30,278 nt of DNA, taken from a virus (Duplodnaviria; Caudoviricetes). The notes below the pieces were generated by a model. That model did no database searches and was not told the DNA's origin. It worked only from the letters and a program-made list of their open reading frames with translations. This document shows, in pieces, positions 17,965-26,040 of this stretch. How positions within the stretch are numbered: the stretch's first letter is position 1; each line of letters begins with the position of its first letter. Both the position numbers and the translations under genes were made by a program. Location: IMG/VR virus record IMGVR_UViG_3300017548_000013, positions 1 to 30,278 of that record. One strand, given 5' to 3'.

Positions 17965-18124
17965 TGGTCGTCACTCCCCGGGAGAGCAGGACAGCCATCA
18001 CTCCCAGAGCCACGGCCGCTGCCAGAAGTGCGTGACCGACGCCGAAGAGAAGGAACACTCCGCCAACAAAGCACCCTGCCGACAGCAGGATGAGAACCAG
18101 CACGGCCAGGATGAGGACGGTCAT
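17957..18124 (-). CDS. Small two-TM membrane protein preceding the portal
   Basis: 55 aa from ATG 18124 (ATGA overlap with the GT gene), almost entirely hydrophobic. Confidence 0.65.
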   Translation of the reverse strand: MTVLILAVLVLILLSAGCFVGGVFLLFGVGHALLAAAVALGVMAVLLSRGVTTNG

Positions 18125-19041
18125 GTGCTCACCTTCTCGCTCCGGCCGCACCAGACGACCTCGCTAAACCCGCAGAGATCGGCGAGCCTGTCGGCCTCAT
18201 TGTCGTTCTGCGCTACAGCCGTCACCGGCGTCGGCCAATGGGCCGCCGCTTCCGGCGACGCGATCACCCCGTCGAACGCGCCGGTCTCCAGCGCGGCCTC
18301 TGCATCAGTCCATACATGGGGCCCATATCCAAGGATCAGCCCCCTACCCTGCGGCTCGCGCCGGTAGTGCTCACGCACCCACGGATCGTCGAGCAGGTTC
18401 CATGGCTTCGGATGGCCGGGGTGGAACATCAACCGAGTCTCGACTTCATGCCGGCGGCCCCACCAGGCCACACCATCGCTCTCGTCCCAGACGGCCTCGC
18501 CCGGCCCGAGGACATGGGAAATCCATGCCTGATCGGAGCCGGCGTAGCGTTGACCTGCGGCGATGGCCCTCTCGGGCGTGAACCGGTCGTAGACCTGCGG
18601 GCGAGCGCCTGCGGTCATCATGAGCATCGAACCGTTGTAGGGTCGCCTGTCCGGCGGCCGCCCAGGGCTCGCGTAGAGGACGATATCATCGTCGCGAGAG
18701 AACAGCGGGTCGAGGCTGCCGGCGATGACGCAATCCATGTCCATGGACACGAACCGCTCACCGAACATGTCTCCGGCATCGCGACGGAACATGGCTATCC
18801 GGCGCAGGCACTGCGGACGGCCGTCGGTCCAGGTCGGGATTCGCACGTCCTCGAAGTCGCGCGGCGGGGCGATGATTTCGATCGAGGGGTCGATGCCCTC
18901 AGGCATATCCGTGACGCAGGCTAGCCGGTGCGGCAGGGTAAGATGCCGTCGCACCATGTCGGCCCAGATGTTGACGTGCAGAGCCGTGTAAGTCGCGCGG
19001 CCATCGGGCTGCGCCCAGAGCCAGGTCAGCACCGTCAGCAT
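18121..19041 (-). CDS. Putative GT-A fold (GT8-like) glycosyltransferase with an extra C-terminal domain
   Basis: ACVTD, FVSMDMDCVI.GSLD (DxD), YNGSMLMM, SDQAWI and FHPGHPKPW in GT8-like order; C-terminal LILGYGP segment. Confidence 0.8.
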   Translation of the reverse strand: MLTVLTWLWAQPDGRATYTALHVNIWADMVRRHLTLPHRLACVTDMPEGIDPSIEIIAPPRDFEDVRIPTWTDGRPQCLRRIAMFRRDAGDMFGERFVSMDMDCVIAGSLDPLFSRDDDIVLYASPGRPPDRRPYNGSMLMMTAGARPQVYDRFTPERAIAAGQRYAGSDQAWISHVLGPGEAVWDESDGVAWWGRRHEVETRLMFHPGHPKPWNLLDDPWVREHYRREPQGRGLILGYGPHVWTDAEAALETGAFDGVIASPEAAAHWPTPVTAVAQNDNEADRLADLCGFSEVVWCGRSEKVST

Positions 19042-19341
19042 TCACGCGCTCTCCAGCATGGATTTGAGATCTTTCATCCGGGCGTCCATGCGCTTCCCCA
19101 TATCGAATGCTGCGCCGGCAAGAAGCTGCAGTTGACTGCGCTCTGGCTCCGGCAAGTGTTCGGCGATGCGCCAGACCTCGCGCTGCGTCTCGCAGAGCGT
19201 GAGGCGATGCCCGATACGCTTGGGATTGATGGTGAACTTGCGTTGTCCCCGAGCCGCCTCGATGGCGGCAAGGAACGTCATGCCGGCGGGGACAGGGCCG
19301 AGGTTGGTGACGCCGACCTCGTTGAAATCGTGGTCAGGCAT
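19042..19341 (-). CDS. Hypothetical protein (99 aa)
   Basis: Start re-called to MPDHDF at 19341; its stop abuts the GT start with no gap. Confidence 0.65.
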   Translation of the reverse strand: MPDHDFNEVGVTNLGPVPAGMTFLAAIEAARGQRKFTINPKRIGHRLTLCETQREVWRIAEHLPEPERSQLQLLAGAAFDMGKRMDARMKDLKSMLESA

Positions 19342-19633
19342 TGGCTGCTGCGATCTTAGCGCGCAGCTCATCGGCGCCCCAGCCGTTGTACGGCTTCTTG
19401 CCCACCAGGCGGGTGTACTCGGCGCGCAGCGCCTTCACGGCCTCAGCCGCATCCGCCACCTTCGCCACTATGGCCTTCGGCGGGGGCGGCAGCTCGCCGA
19501 TCTCGCGCACACGCTCCGCCCGCTTATTGGCCTCGAGCAGGCGGGCGTCGATATCGCGTTTCGTCTCGAAATCCTCGCCCGGCACCAGGCGGCGAGTGTT
19601 GTAGCTGAACGACTTCAGCGCCTTCATCTTCAT
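19334..19633 (-). CDS. Hypothetical post-capsid protein (99 aa) with a short helical C-terminal module
   Basis: Start re-called to MKMKALKSF at 19633 with AAGGAG RBS; ends LRAEYTRLVGKKPYNGWGADELRAKIA. Confidence 0.7.
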   Translation of the reverse strand: MKMKALKSFSYNTRRLVPGEDFETKRDIDARLLEANKRAERVREIGELPPPPKAIVAKVADAAEAVKALRAEYTRLVGKKPYNGWGADELRAKIAAANA

Positions 19634-19654
19634 GGCTGGGCTCCTTGGGAAATG

Positions 19655-19682
19655 AAAAAGGCGGGCAGCGAACCGCCCGCCT
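19655..19682 (-). terminator. Intrinsic terminator after the major capsid gene
   Basis: Minus strand AGGCGGGCGG-TTCG-CTGCCCGCCT followed by TTTT. Confidence 0.8.
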
Positions 19683-19701
19683 CCAGTTTGGGAGGAGAAG
19701 A

Positions 19702-21090
19702 TCAGGAGGCAGGGACGGCGCCGCCCCACTGGACGCCCGTGAGATAGGCGACCGAGGCCGGGCGCCGACGGGCCCAGTTGATCGTGCGCTCAGCACGGAT
19801 ACCGACGCTGTTGGTCTGCCAGAGCGAGACGAGAGACGCGGCGGTCGGCGTGGTCGAGTTGTGCGTGGGGGCATCGCTCATTTCGAGCGAGGCCTCGCGG
19901 CTCATGTCGATGGCGATGCCGCCTTCGTCCGCCTCGTAGATGTCCGACGCGTTCACCAGGATGACGTTCGAGCCGACATACTCGGAGACGATCACCGGCA
20001 GCCCGAAGAACACACCGCCGGCCATGCTGATACCCGAGAACTCCGGCTGGCCCAGGGCATTGACCATGAGCGACAGGGCGAGGGCATTACTGGCCGACAT
20101 CAGCCAGACGCCGGTATTCGGCGCGTTGTTGGCGTTGATGAACACCTGGAACAGCGCACGGATGTCGAGGCGAACTGCATCCGCATCCGTACCGGTCGAG
20201 GCGATGGCCGTCGCTCCGTTAGTGATCGACGCCGGAGACACACCGGCGCTCGCTGCCTTGGCGGGATCGATGAAGTCAGTATCCAGCCGCGCGACCAGTG
20301 CATCACGGAGGGAATCGCGAACGATCACTTCCGCAGACGGGCTGGAGTCACGCAAGACTTCTTCGGTGAGCACGGCGATGTTCGCCACCTTGAGCGGCTC
20401 CAGCGTGGTGCGCGTGAAGTCGAACTTGGTGAGCGGCTTGGCCTTGCCCTCGCCGACCCAGTAGCCCTGGCCGCCCGACGACTGCCCGATGAGCGGAACG
20501 CGGAACGGAACACGACGGAGGCTGGGGACGCCGCCCTGGCCGAACTTGCCGAGGATGGTGGCCGGGCGCAGATATTCGACGAAATCGGCATACACCGAAG
20601 TCTCATCGCCCACCAGATTGCCGGCCCAAGCGGCATTGCTGGTCGTTCCAGCCGCGACGGCCGCCTTGAGCACGTTGACCACGGCCGGGTCTTCGTTCCC
20701 GTAACGGCTTTCAGCCATGCGGAGAGCATCGCCGAGGGAGCCCTTGGCGAGACCGACCATCTTGACGACACGGGCGAAGGAGATGCCGGGCTTCGTCTGG
20801 GTGGCAGTCTTCACAACGACACCCGCGCGGGCTTCGGAGCCGGCGGCGGCGTTGTCGACGTTCTTGACCGGCTTCGCGGTAGAGGCAACGACGGCTTCCA
20901 TCTCACGGAGACGCTTCAGGTGGGAGTCAACGGCGGCCACGTCGGCCTGAAGGCCGTCGTATTCCTCCTGCTGGGCGGCGTCGAGGGTGGTGCCCTCATC
21001 GGCCGCCTTGGACATGATGGCTTCCATCTGGCCAACGAGAGCACCTCGCTTGGCCTCGTAAGCAGAGATCTGCTCAGAGTACTTGTTCAT
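19702..21090 (-). CDS. Major capsid protein, HK97 fold
   Basis: 462 aa; coiled-coil delta domain, WVGEGKAKP, LEPLKVANI, GLPVIVSEY, SLWQTNSVGIRAER. Confidence 0.96.
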   Translation of the reverse strand: MNKYSEQISAYEAKRGALVGQMEAIMSKAADEGTTLDAAQQEEYDGLQADVAAVDSHLKRLREMEAVVASTAKPVKNVDNAAAGSEARAGVVVKTATQTKPGISFARVVKMVGLAKGSLGDALRMAESRYGNEDPAVVNVLKAAVAAGTTSNAAWAGNLVGDETSVYADFVEYLRPATILGKFGQGGVPSLRRVPFRVPLIGQSSGGQGYWVGEGKAKPLTKFDFTRTTLEPLKVANIAVLTEEVLRDSSPSAEVIVRDSLRDALVARLDTDFIDPAKAASAGVSPASITNGATAIASTGTDADAVRLDIRALFQVFINANNAPNTGVWLMSASNALALSLMVNALGQPEFSGISMAGGVFFGLPVIVSEYVGSNVILVNASDIYEADEGGIAIDMSREASLEMSDAPTHNSTTPTAASLVSLWQTNSVGIRAERTINWARRRPASVAYLTGVQWGGAVPAS

Positions 21091-21707
21091 TTCGTGATCC
21101 TCTTGATCGAGCGAATTTCAAAGGGTTTCGCCCGATCGCGGGCGGGATCATTCAGCTTGACGACACGAACCGTCTTGCCGGGCACGGCGGGTTCGGGGTC
21201 CTGCGGAATTTCTGGTTCAGGCACGCCCTCGGCGGCCCGGAGGTCGCGGTCGATGGACTTGACCGCGGTAATGACTGCTTCGGCGTTTGCCGGGATGGTG
21301 ACAGCCGAGAGCTCGAAGACTTCCACTTCGGTGAAGTGGATGCCGCCGCCCTCCATGAAGGCGTATTCAATCGGCCGGAAACCGATGGACACCGCACGCA
21401 CCAGCCCGAGCTTGATGGACTGCCAGGCCTCCTCGATGCGATCACGCAGGATGCCGACGGCATCCACAACAGGCAGCTTGGCGGTGAACGGGATGCCGTC
21501 TTTGGTCGGCTTCCCGAACTCGACCCATCCGATGGGCTGGTCATGCTTGTGCTGCCAGAGCAGCGGCGACGGGTTCGTAAACTGCACCCCCAAGGGGTCG
21601 ATGATGTCGCCGACCCGGTCCACCGATGGCGTCGTGGCGATACCGCGGATCGTGCGCTGGTCGTCCTCGACCGCCTTGACGGTCAGGATGGAATAGGCCC
21701 GGTTCAT
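21087..21707 (-). CDS. HK97-family prohead protease
   Basis: DRVGDII, LLWQH, AVSIGF, ELSAVTIPAN. Confidence 0.95.
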   Translation of the reverse strand: MNRAYSILTVKAVEDDQRTIRGIATTPSVDRVGDIIDPLGVQFTNPSPLLWQHKHDQPIGWVEFGKPTKDGIPFTAKLPVVDAVGILRDRIEEAWQSIKLGLVRAVSIGFRPIEYAFMEGGGIHFTEVEVFELSAVTIPANAEAVITAVKSIDRDLRAAEGVPEPEIPQDPEPAVPGKTVRVVKLNDPARDRAKPFEIRSIKRITK

Positions 21708-21725
21708 GGTGAGGTCCCCTTGGGG

Positions 21726-23486
21726 TCAGACGAAGAAGAGTTGCGGCTTGGGCGCTCTGTGGGCCACGGGATTGCGGCTCATGAGGGTGACGGCGTTGAA
21801 CATCGCCATCGCGGGGTCGATCTTGGCGTCGCCGGCCGTCTGCTTCGTGGCTCGGATGCCGGTGGCCGTGGGTTCGATCTTCAGGTTCGGCACGCACCAG
21901 CGCATCAGCGGCCCGCCGGCATGCTTGAGCAAGCCCGAGGCCAGCCGGCGCTCGGCGCCCTTGATGGACGACATCATCCAGCCTCCCTGAGGCGCCGCGA
22001 CGAGAAGCCCGGATTCCTGCGTGACGCCGATCTCATCGAGGGCATCTTCCATCTCGCCGAGCCCGGACGCGTCCACCGCCACTCCGCCGAGAAGGTTCAT
22101 ATTCTTGATCCGCTCGATGCGGTTGATGATCGACGCGACGTCGCCCAGCGGCTGGTCGAGAATGGTCAGTTCCTTGGCCTTGGCGATATCCTGCAGAATG
22201 GGCGCGATCTTCTTTCTGCGGCCCAATACGCCCCGATGGCACCAGGCGTGAGCCCAGGCCAACCAGCGCTTCATGCGGACGATCTTCCTTGTTCCGTCAT
22301 CGTCCTCGACTTCTACCTCGATCTCGCCAGGCTCGCGCCCAAGAACGGCGAAGCCGAACAAGTCATCGAGGCCGCCCCCATCGAGACCGATCGTCACCAC
22401 CTCACTACGCTGAAGGAGCGCGTCCAGTGCAGCCCAGTGACCGAGTCCAGCAAGAGCCTCGTCCTCGGCCGCTTCCCAGTGATCGGCGCCGGTCCAGCGG
22501 TTCGCCCGCAGATTGAGGCCGATCTCAACGTTGAGATGCTTGGCGAGGAATGTCTGGATGGTGTCACCGTCCTCATCCTCACCTGCCCGCACCTGGGTGA
22601 GCTTGCGCTCCAGATACTCCCGACGCACCGATTTACCGATGTTCGGGTTGGTGACGTAGAAGCAGTCTGGATCGAGGTATGCCTCGCTCTCGATCATCGC
22701 CTCTGGGTACTCGTAGATGACCGGCAGGAACCTCGGGTCATCCACCTCGCCGTCGCGGACCTTCCGCGCGTAGTCCAGCTTCTCCTTGAACACGCCAGCA
22801 GGCGGGGTGTCCGACTGCGTCGAAATGTAGATCACGAAGCCTTCCGGCCGTGAAATGAGCCCGCCCGTGGCCTCTTGGAGCATCGGCCCGGCTCCGGCCT
22901 TCTTGCCGAAGTGCCAGAGTTCATCGATCAGCACGAACGCCGCCTTCTTGCCGGCGGCCGTCGACGAGTCCGCCGAGATGACCTTGAGCGCAGCCTTGTT
23001 CAGCCGGTGCTCGATCTCCTTGACATTACGCTTGACGTGCAGCAGGTCCGAAAGCTCTGGATCCGCATCGACCATGGCCGCCGCCGGCTTGAACGCGTTG
23101 TCAGCCACCTCTCGGGTGGGGGCCAAAATGAGCAGCTCCTGCTCGCCGCGCCAGTTGCGGATCAGGGCCGTGACCATGATGCCGGCTACGATGGTCGACT
23201 TCCCGTTCTTCTTGCTGACCAGCAGGAAGAACTCTTCGATCAGCCGCTGGCCGGTCTCTGCATCGTAGGCACCGAAGACAGCCTTGACGAAGTCGAACAC
23301 GAACGGCTCGCACGCCTCGCCGAAGGTCGGTTGCCCGGCAACATCCACCATTCGAAGCGACTTGAAGACCGCCAGCGCCGCCTCCGCCTCATCTGGGAAG
23401 AGCGGATCGCATGGCACCAGAGACTGGCGCGCAACGATGCGTTCCCGCCAGTCCGGGCAGGCCGTCGTCCAGGTCGGCGCCATCAA
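21726..23486 (-). CDS. terL: Terminase large subunit
   Basis: Walker A VSKKNGKS, Walker B VLIDELW, ISTQ coupling motif, GLDGGGLDD and KIDPAMA nuclease motifs. Confidence 0.96.
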   Translation of the reverse strand: MMAPTWTTACPDWRERIVARQSLVPCDPLFPDEAEAALAVFKSLRMVDVAGQPTFGEACEPFVFDFVKAVFGAYDAETGQRLIEEFFLLVSKKNGKSTIVAGIMVTALIRNWRGEQELLILAPTREVADNAFKPAAAMVDADPELSDLLHVKRNVKEIEHRLNKAALKVISADSSTAAGKKAAFVLIDELWHFGKKAGAGPMLQEATGGLISRPEGFVIYISTQSDTPPAGVFKEKLDYARKVRDGEVDDPRFLPVIYEYPEAMIESEAYLDPDCFYVTNPNIGKSVRREYLERKLTQVRAGEDEDGDTIQTFLAKHLNVEIGLNLRANRWTGADHWEAAEDEALAGLGHWAALDALLQRSEVVTIGLDGGGLDDLFGFAVLGREPGEIEVEVEDDDGTRKIVRMKRWLAWAHAWCHRGVLGRRKKIAPILQDIAKAKELTILDQPLGDVASIINRIERIKNMNLLGGVAVDASGLGEMEDALDEIGVTQESGLLVAAPQGGWMMSSIKGAERRLASGLLKHAGGPLMRWCVPNLKIEPTATGIRATKQTAGDAKIDPAMAMFNAVTLMSRNPVAHRAPKPQLFFV

Positions 23487-23917
23487 GTGTTATTGACCGC
23501 CAGACGCGGGCCGGCGGGCGGCGCGAACTTGCCCCCGACGTTTTCGGCCGCCTGCTGCTGCTGAACCTTCTTGCCTACGGCGGCCGTCTTTGGCTCGCGC
23601 TGCTTCACGGACTCAGCCGCAGCGGCCACACGGCCCATCTCCTCGAGCTTCTTCTGCGCCGACACGTTGCCGCCGCGCGCGGAGCTGAACAGCATGCCGA
23701 TCACTTCCTTGCGGCGCTGCGCATGACCATCGGCGAGCTCGTCCGGGAAATGCTTCCGCAGGGTGTCAGGGTCGATGCCCAGCGCTCGCGCAATCGTGTT
23801 GTCCGATTCCCCGCAGAACTTCATTTCCTCGACCGTGCGGCGCTGCTCGATTGTCGGGCGAAACGCCGGGCGGCCGGGGCTCGCAGCCCTGCCCTTGCCT
23901 GATCGTTTTTCGGTCAT
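23483..23917 (-). CDS. terS: Terminase small subunit
   Basis: GRPAFRPT, HTH IARALGIDPDTLRKHF, GNVSAQK; ATGA overlap with terL. Confidence 0.88.
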   Translation of the reverse strand: MTEKRSGKGRAASPGRPAFRPTIEQRRTVEEMKFCGESDNTIARALGIDPDTLRKHFPDELADGHAQRRKEVIGMLFSSARGGNVSAQKKLEEMGRVAAAAESVKQREPKTAAVGKKVQQQQAAENVGGKFAPPAGPRLAVNNT

Positions 23918-23939
23918 CGTGCACTTTCAGCCGAAATTT

Positions 23940-24030
23940 CGGTCACGGAAGAAAAAACGTGCGAATGAGGGCGCCGCGGGTCCGGCGGAGACGGCCTTTC
24001 GGCCTTCCGAATACCCCCCCCCGGTGGGTG
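23940..24030 (-). other. Probable cos / packaging-initiation region
   Basis: Non-coding gap just upstream of terS with a 9-G run (24014-24022, minus strand) and a T tract, as is usual at cos regions of HK97-like phages. The exact cut site cannot be determined. Confidence 0.5.
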
Positions 24031-24031
24031 G

Positions 24032-24352
24032 TCAGCGACGCCCGGAACCCATTCCGGATGGCATATTGGTCGGGGCTGACCCGCTTGCCGCAGGTGGCCC
24101 ACGGTGCCCACCTATGATCATTGGTGCCGGTGGATCAGGGCGCACTGGCACGGACTGGAACGGATCGGGGTTGATGCCGCCTTTGCGCACCATCCCCTCT
24201 CGAAGAGGCAGAGCACGGCGAGGCGGTAGCGGTGGGGTCGGCACACGGCTGTACCCACCTGCAAGCGCCATCGCGATCACGACTGGCACCGCTCCCGCAC
24301 AAGCACCCGCTATCGCAGCGGTTATCAGCAGGCGAAGCAATTCAGGTGTCAT
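24032..24352 (-). CDS. Hypothetical membrane-anchored proline-rich protein
   Basis: 106 aa, hydrophobic N-terminus then Pro-rich tail; GGAGGAG RBS. Confidence 0.6.
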   Translation of the reverse strand: MTPELLRLLITAAIAGACAGAVPVVIAMALAGGYSRVPTPPLPPRRALPLREGMVRKGGINPDPFQSVPVRPDPPAPMIIGGHRGPPAASGSAPTNMPSGMGSGRR

Positions 24353-24355
24353 GCT

Positions 24356-24487
24356 TTACGCTCCTCCGGCCAATGCCCAAACGGACAACACGGTGATCCA
24401 TGCGACCATGACGATGATCGCCCATCCAGCATCGTGGATGCGAAAGCCTGCTTCAGGCGGAAGCGGGTCGAGTGGCGGCATGGACAT
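24356..24487 (-). CDS. 43-aa single-TM peptide (absent from the ORF track)
   Basis: MSMPPLDPLPPEAGFRIHDAGWAIIVMVAWITVLSVWALAGGA*; fills the gap between neighbours. Confidence 0.5.
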   Translation of the reverse strand: MSMPPLDPLPPEAGFRIHDAGWAIIVMVAWITVLSVWALAGGA

Positions 24488-24689
24488 CGAACAATTCCGG
24501 GTGCAGGGCACGAGCGGATCGCTCAAGCCACGGCATGCGCCACACCAGCACCAGATTGCCGATGCGTAGTCGCATGGCGTTGGCCAGCCGGTTAGCCTGC
24601 AGCCAGCGGCGGCCGGGGAAGATGGGCTGTGCCCATTCCACCGAGATCAGTCCAGCCTTGGGAAGGCGCCTGCGCTGTGCCCGCGTCAT
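24453..24689 (-). CDS. Hypothetical basic protein (78 aa)
   Basis: Start re-called to ATG 24689, overlapping the upstream stop (ATGA). Confidence 0.55.
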   Translation of the reverse strand: MTRAQRRRLPKAGLISVEWAQPIFPGRRWLQANRLANAMRLRIGNLVLVWRMPWLERSARALHPELFDVHAATRPASA

Positions 24690-25450
24690 CTTGCTCTCCG
24701 CTCTTGTGATTGCGCGTCGCTGTCGTGCCATTCCTTGGACACGGCAGGTTCGGCGCGCATGTGCTCGAAGGTGGCGATGAACTCGCTCAGCCTCTCAGGC
24801 AGCATGCGTTTGATGAATGGGATCATGCCGCCGCGCATGCGGTTGCATGGGTTACAGGCAGCGACCAAGTTCTCGGGCCGGTTGTCTGCCTTCTGCTCGT
24901 TCAGGTGATCGACCACCAGATCAGGCCAGTCGTGGACTGTGCCGCACCAGTGGCACGGATGCGGGCCAGGGCCATACTTCTCGTAAGCAACTGCCCTATG
25001 TTCGCCTAGCCATCCGTTCTGTTGAGCCAGCGGGTGCTCGACATCCTTAATGATGCGATAGCCGCCATGGACCATCAGCTCTACGCGCGGCGTGAGGTCG
25101 AAGCTGCCGACCCTGCGCACTCGCTTGTAGTGCTTTTCGCAGAGGCCGTGCCCAACACGGGTGGCAGGCTTTCCGCACTTGTGCACCTGACAAACGCCCG
25201 CTCGGCGCTTTGCCTCCGCTTTGTAGCAGGTATTGCACTGCTTTGATGAGAGGGCGCGCACATGGCGGATGCACCCTTCGGTTGAACAGACCGGCCATTC
25301 TGATTTTGGTCGGACGCGAGCCCGCTTGTATGCCTCTCGGCATGCGTCAGAGCAGTGGCTCCGGTCGTTACCCTTGCCTACAGCGTAGCTGAATGTCTGG
25401 TTGCACTGCTTGCAAATGCGCTCACGCTGGCGCACTTCTGCCTTAGCCAT
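24686..25450 (-). CDS. Free-standing HNH homing endonuclease with Cys-rich N-terminal modules
   Basis: CKQC..CSDAC, two Cys/His repeats (..GLCEKHYKR), GYR..HP..EHR, CHWC..LVVDHLNEQKADNRPENLVAACNPCN. Confidence 0.88.
   Translation of the reverse strand: MAKAEVRQRERICKQCNQTFSYAVGKGNDRSHCSDACREAYKRARVRPKSEWPVCSTEGCIRHVRALSSKQCNTCYKAEAKRRAGVCQVHKCGKPATRVGHGLCEKHYKRVRRVGSFDLTPRVELMVHGGYRIIKDVEHPLAQQNGWLGEHRAVAYEKYGPGPHPCHWCGTVHDWPDLVVDHLNEQKADNRPENLVAACNPCNRMRGGMIPFIKRMLPERLSEFIATFEHMRAEPAVSKEWHDSDAQSQERRAR
24701..24742 (-). repeat. Diverged duplicate of the 3' end of the packaging HNH gene (other copy 25565-25606)
   Basis: VSKEWHDSDAQSQE versus VSKAYHDSEAQRLE: 9/14 aa and 26/42 nt identical by manual alignment. 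Confidence 0.8.
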
Positions 25451-25523
25451 ATTCGATCCTCACCGATCGTCTTGGTCAGGCCCGGCTCGGTGTTCCACCA
25501 CCTTGTCGGGCCGTTTGATTCTA
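25451..25523 (-). promoter_or_regulatory. Putative promoter and structured leader of the homing endonuclease
   Basis: -10-like TAGAAT (25523-25518); hairpin GGCCCG/CGGGCC with inner GGTG/CACC (25479-25512); hairpin CGATC/GATCG (25454-25469) covering the GAGGA RBS. Confidence 0.55.
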
Positions 25524-25549
25524 GACGATCAAGCGAAGAAAGCCAGCAC

Positions 25550-25897
25550 TCAGCTTCCGCTTTTCTCAAGCCGCTGGGCTTCGGAGTCGTGGTAGGCCTT
25601 CGAAACGCTTTCGAGGTTGTTGATGTCCCAGAACAGGTGTTCCTGCCCTCGGTGCGGCACCTTGTGGTGCACCACCGGGCTATCCGGCGCCGGGGCCTTG
25701 CCGACGAGCAGGATGCCCGTGTGCTGGCAGGTGTAGAGGTCGCGCTCCAACACCAACTGCCGAAGATCCTGCCACCGCTTGGACTTGTACCAGCGGCGAA
25801 CCGTGGCATCGGGGCTGTAACGGGTGTCCCGTATCTCGCGGGTGGACTTCAGCCTTGGCGCCATGGGCGACAGGCGGGGTTTGAGAACCTTGATCAT
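25550..25897 (-). CDS. Terminase-associated HNH endonuclease (HK97 gp74-like)
   Basis: WYKSKRWQDLRQLVLERDLYTCQ...VVHHKVPHRG..LFWDINNLESVSKAYHDS; start re-called to 25897 (115 aa, ATGA overlap). Confidence 0.9.
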   Translation of the reverse strand: MIKVLKPRLSPMAPRLKSTREIRDTRYSPDATVRRWYKSKRWQDLRQLVLERDLYTCQHTGILLVGKAPAPDSPVVHHKVPHRGQEHLFWDINNLESVSKAYHDSEAQRLEKSGS

Positions 25898-26040
25898 ACG
25901 TCCGGCGCGAGCAGCTTCATGACGATGATCGCCAGCGCGCCGGTCAATGCGAGCATGAGCGAGAACTTCGAGATGCCATGAACAAGGAACGGCGCGGTCG
26001 CAGCGGCACTGGCCAGCGATGCGGTCTCGCCGATGCTCAT
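25894..26040 (-). CDS. 48-aa hydrophobic peptide (absent from the ORF track)
   Basis: MSIGETASLASAAATAPFLVHGISKFSLMLALTGALAIIVMKLLAPDV*; ATGA overlaps at both ends. Confidence 0.6.
   Translation of the reverse strand: MSIGETASLASAAATAPFLVHGISKFSLMLALTGALAIIVMKLLAPDV

Noticed and set aside
2329-18924. Many other plus-strand and alternative-frame ORFs (for example 5881-6582, 6552-7352, 8827-9786, 15833-16762)
   Set aside because: They overlap well-supported minus-strand structural genes and have shadow-like Arg/Ser/Pro-rich composition.
19645-22853. Long plus-strand ORFs of 683 aa and 505 aa
   Set aside because: Antisense shadows of capsid, protease and terL in high-GC DNA; no recognisable motifs.
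24032-24352. Possible o-spanin lipoprotein (AGAC plus Pro-rich tail)
   Set aside because: The lipobox is non-canonical, hydrophobic sequence continues past the Cys, and the gene is far from the endolysin.
24743-25606. Group I intron or intein as the explanation for the HNH insert
   Set aside because: Only about 100 non-coding nt are present, too little for a ribozyme core; the upstream gene has its own stop and there are no intein motifs.
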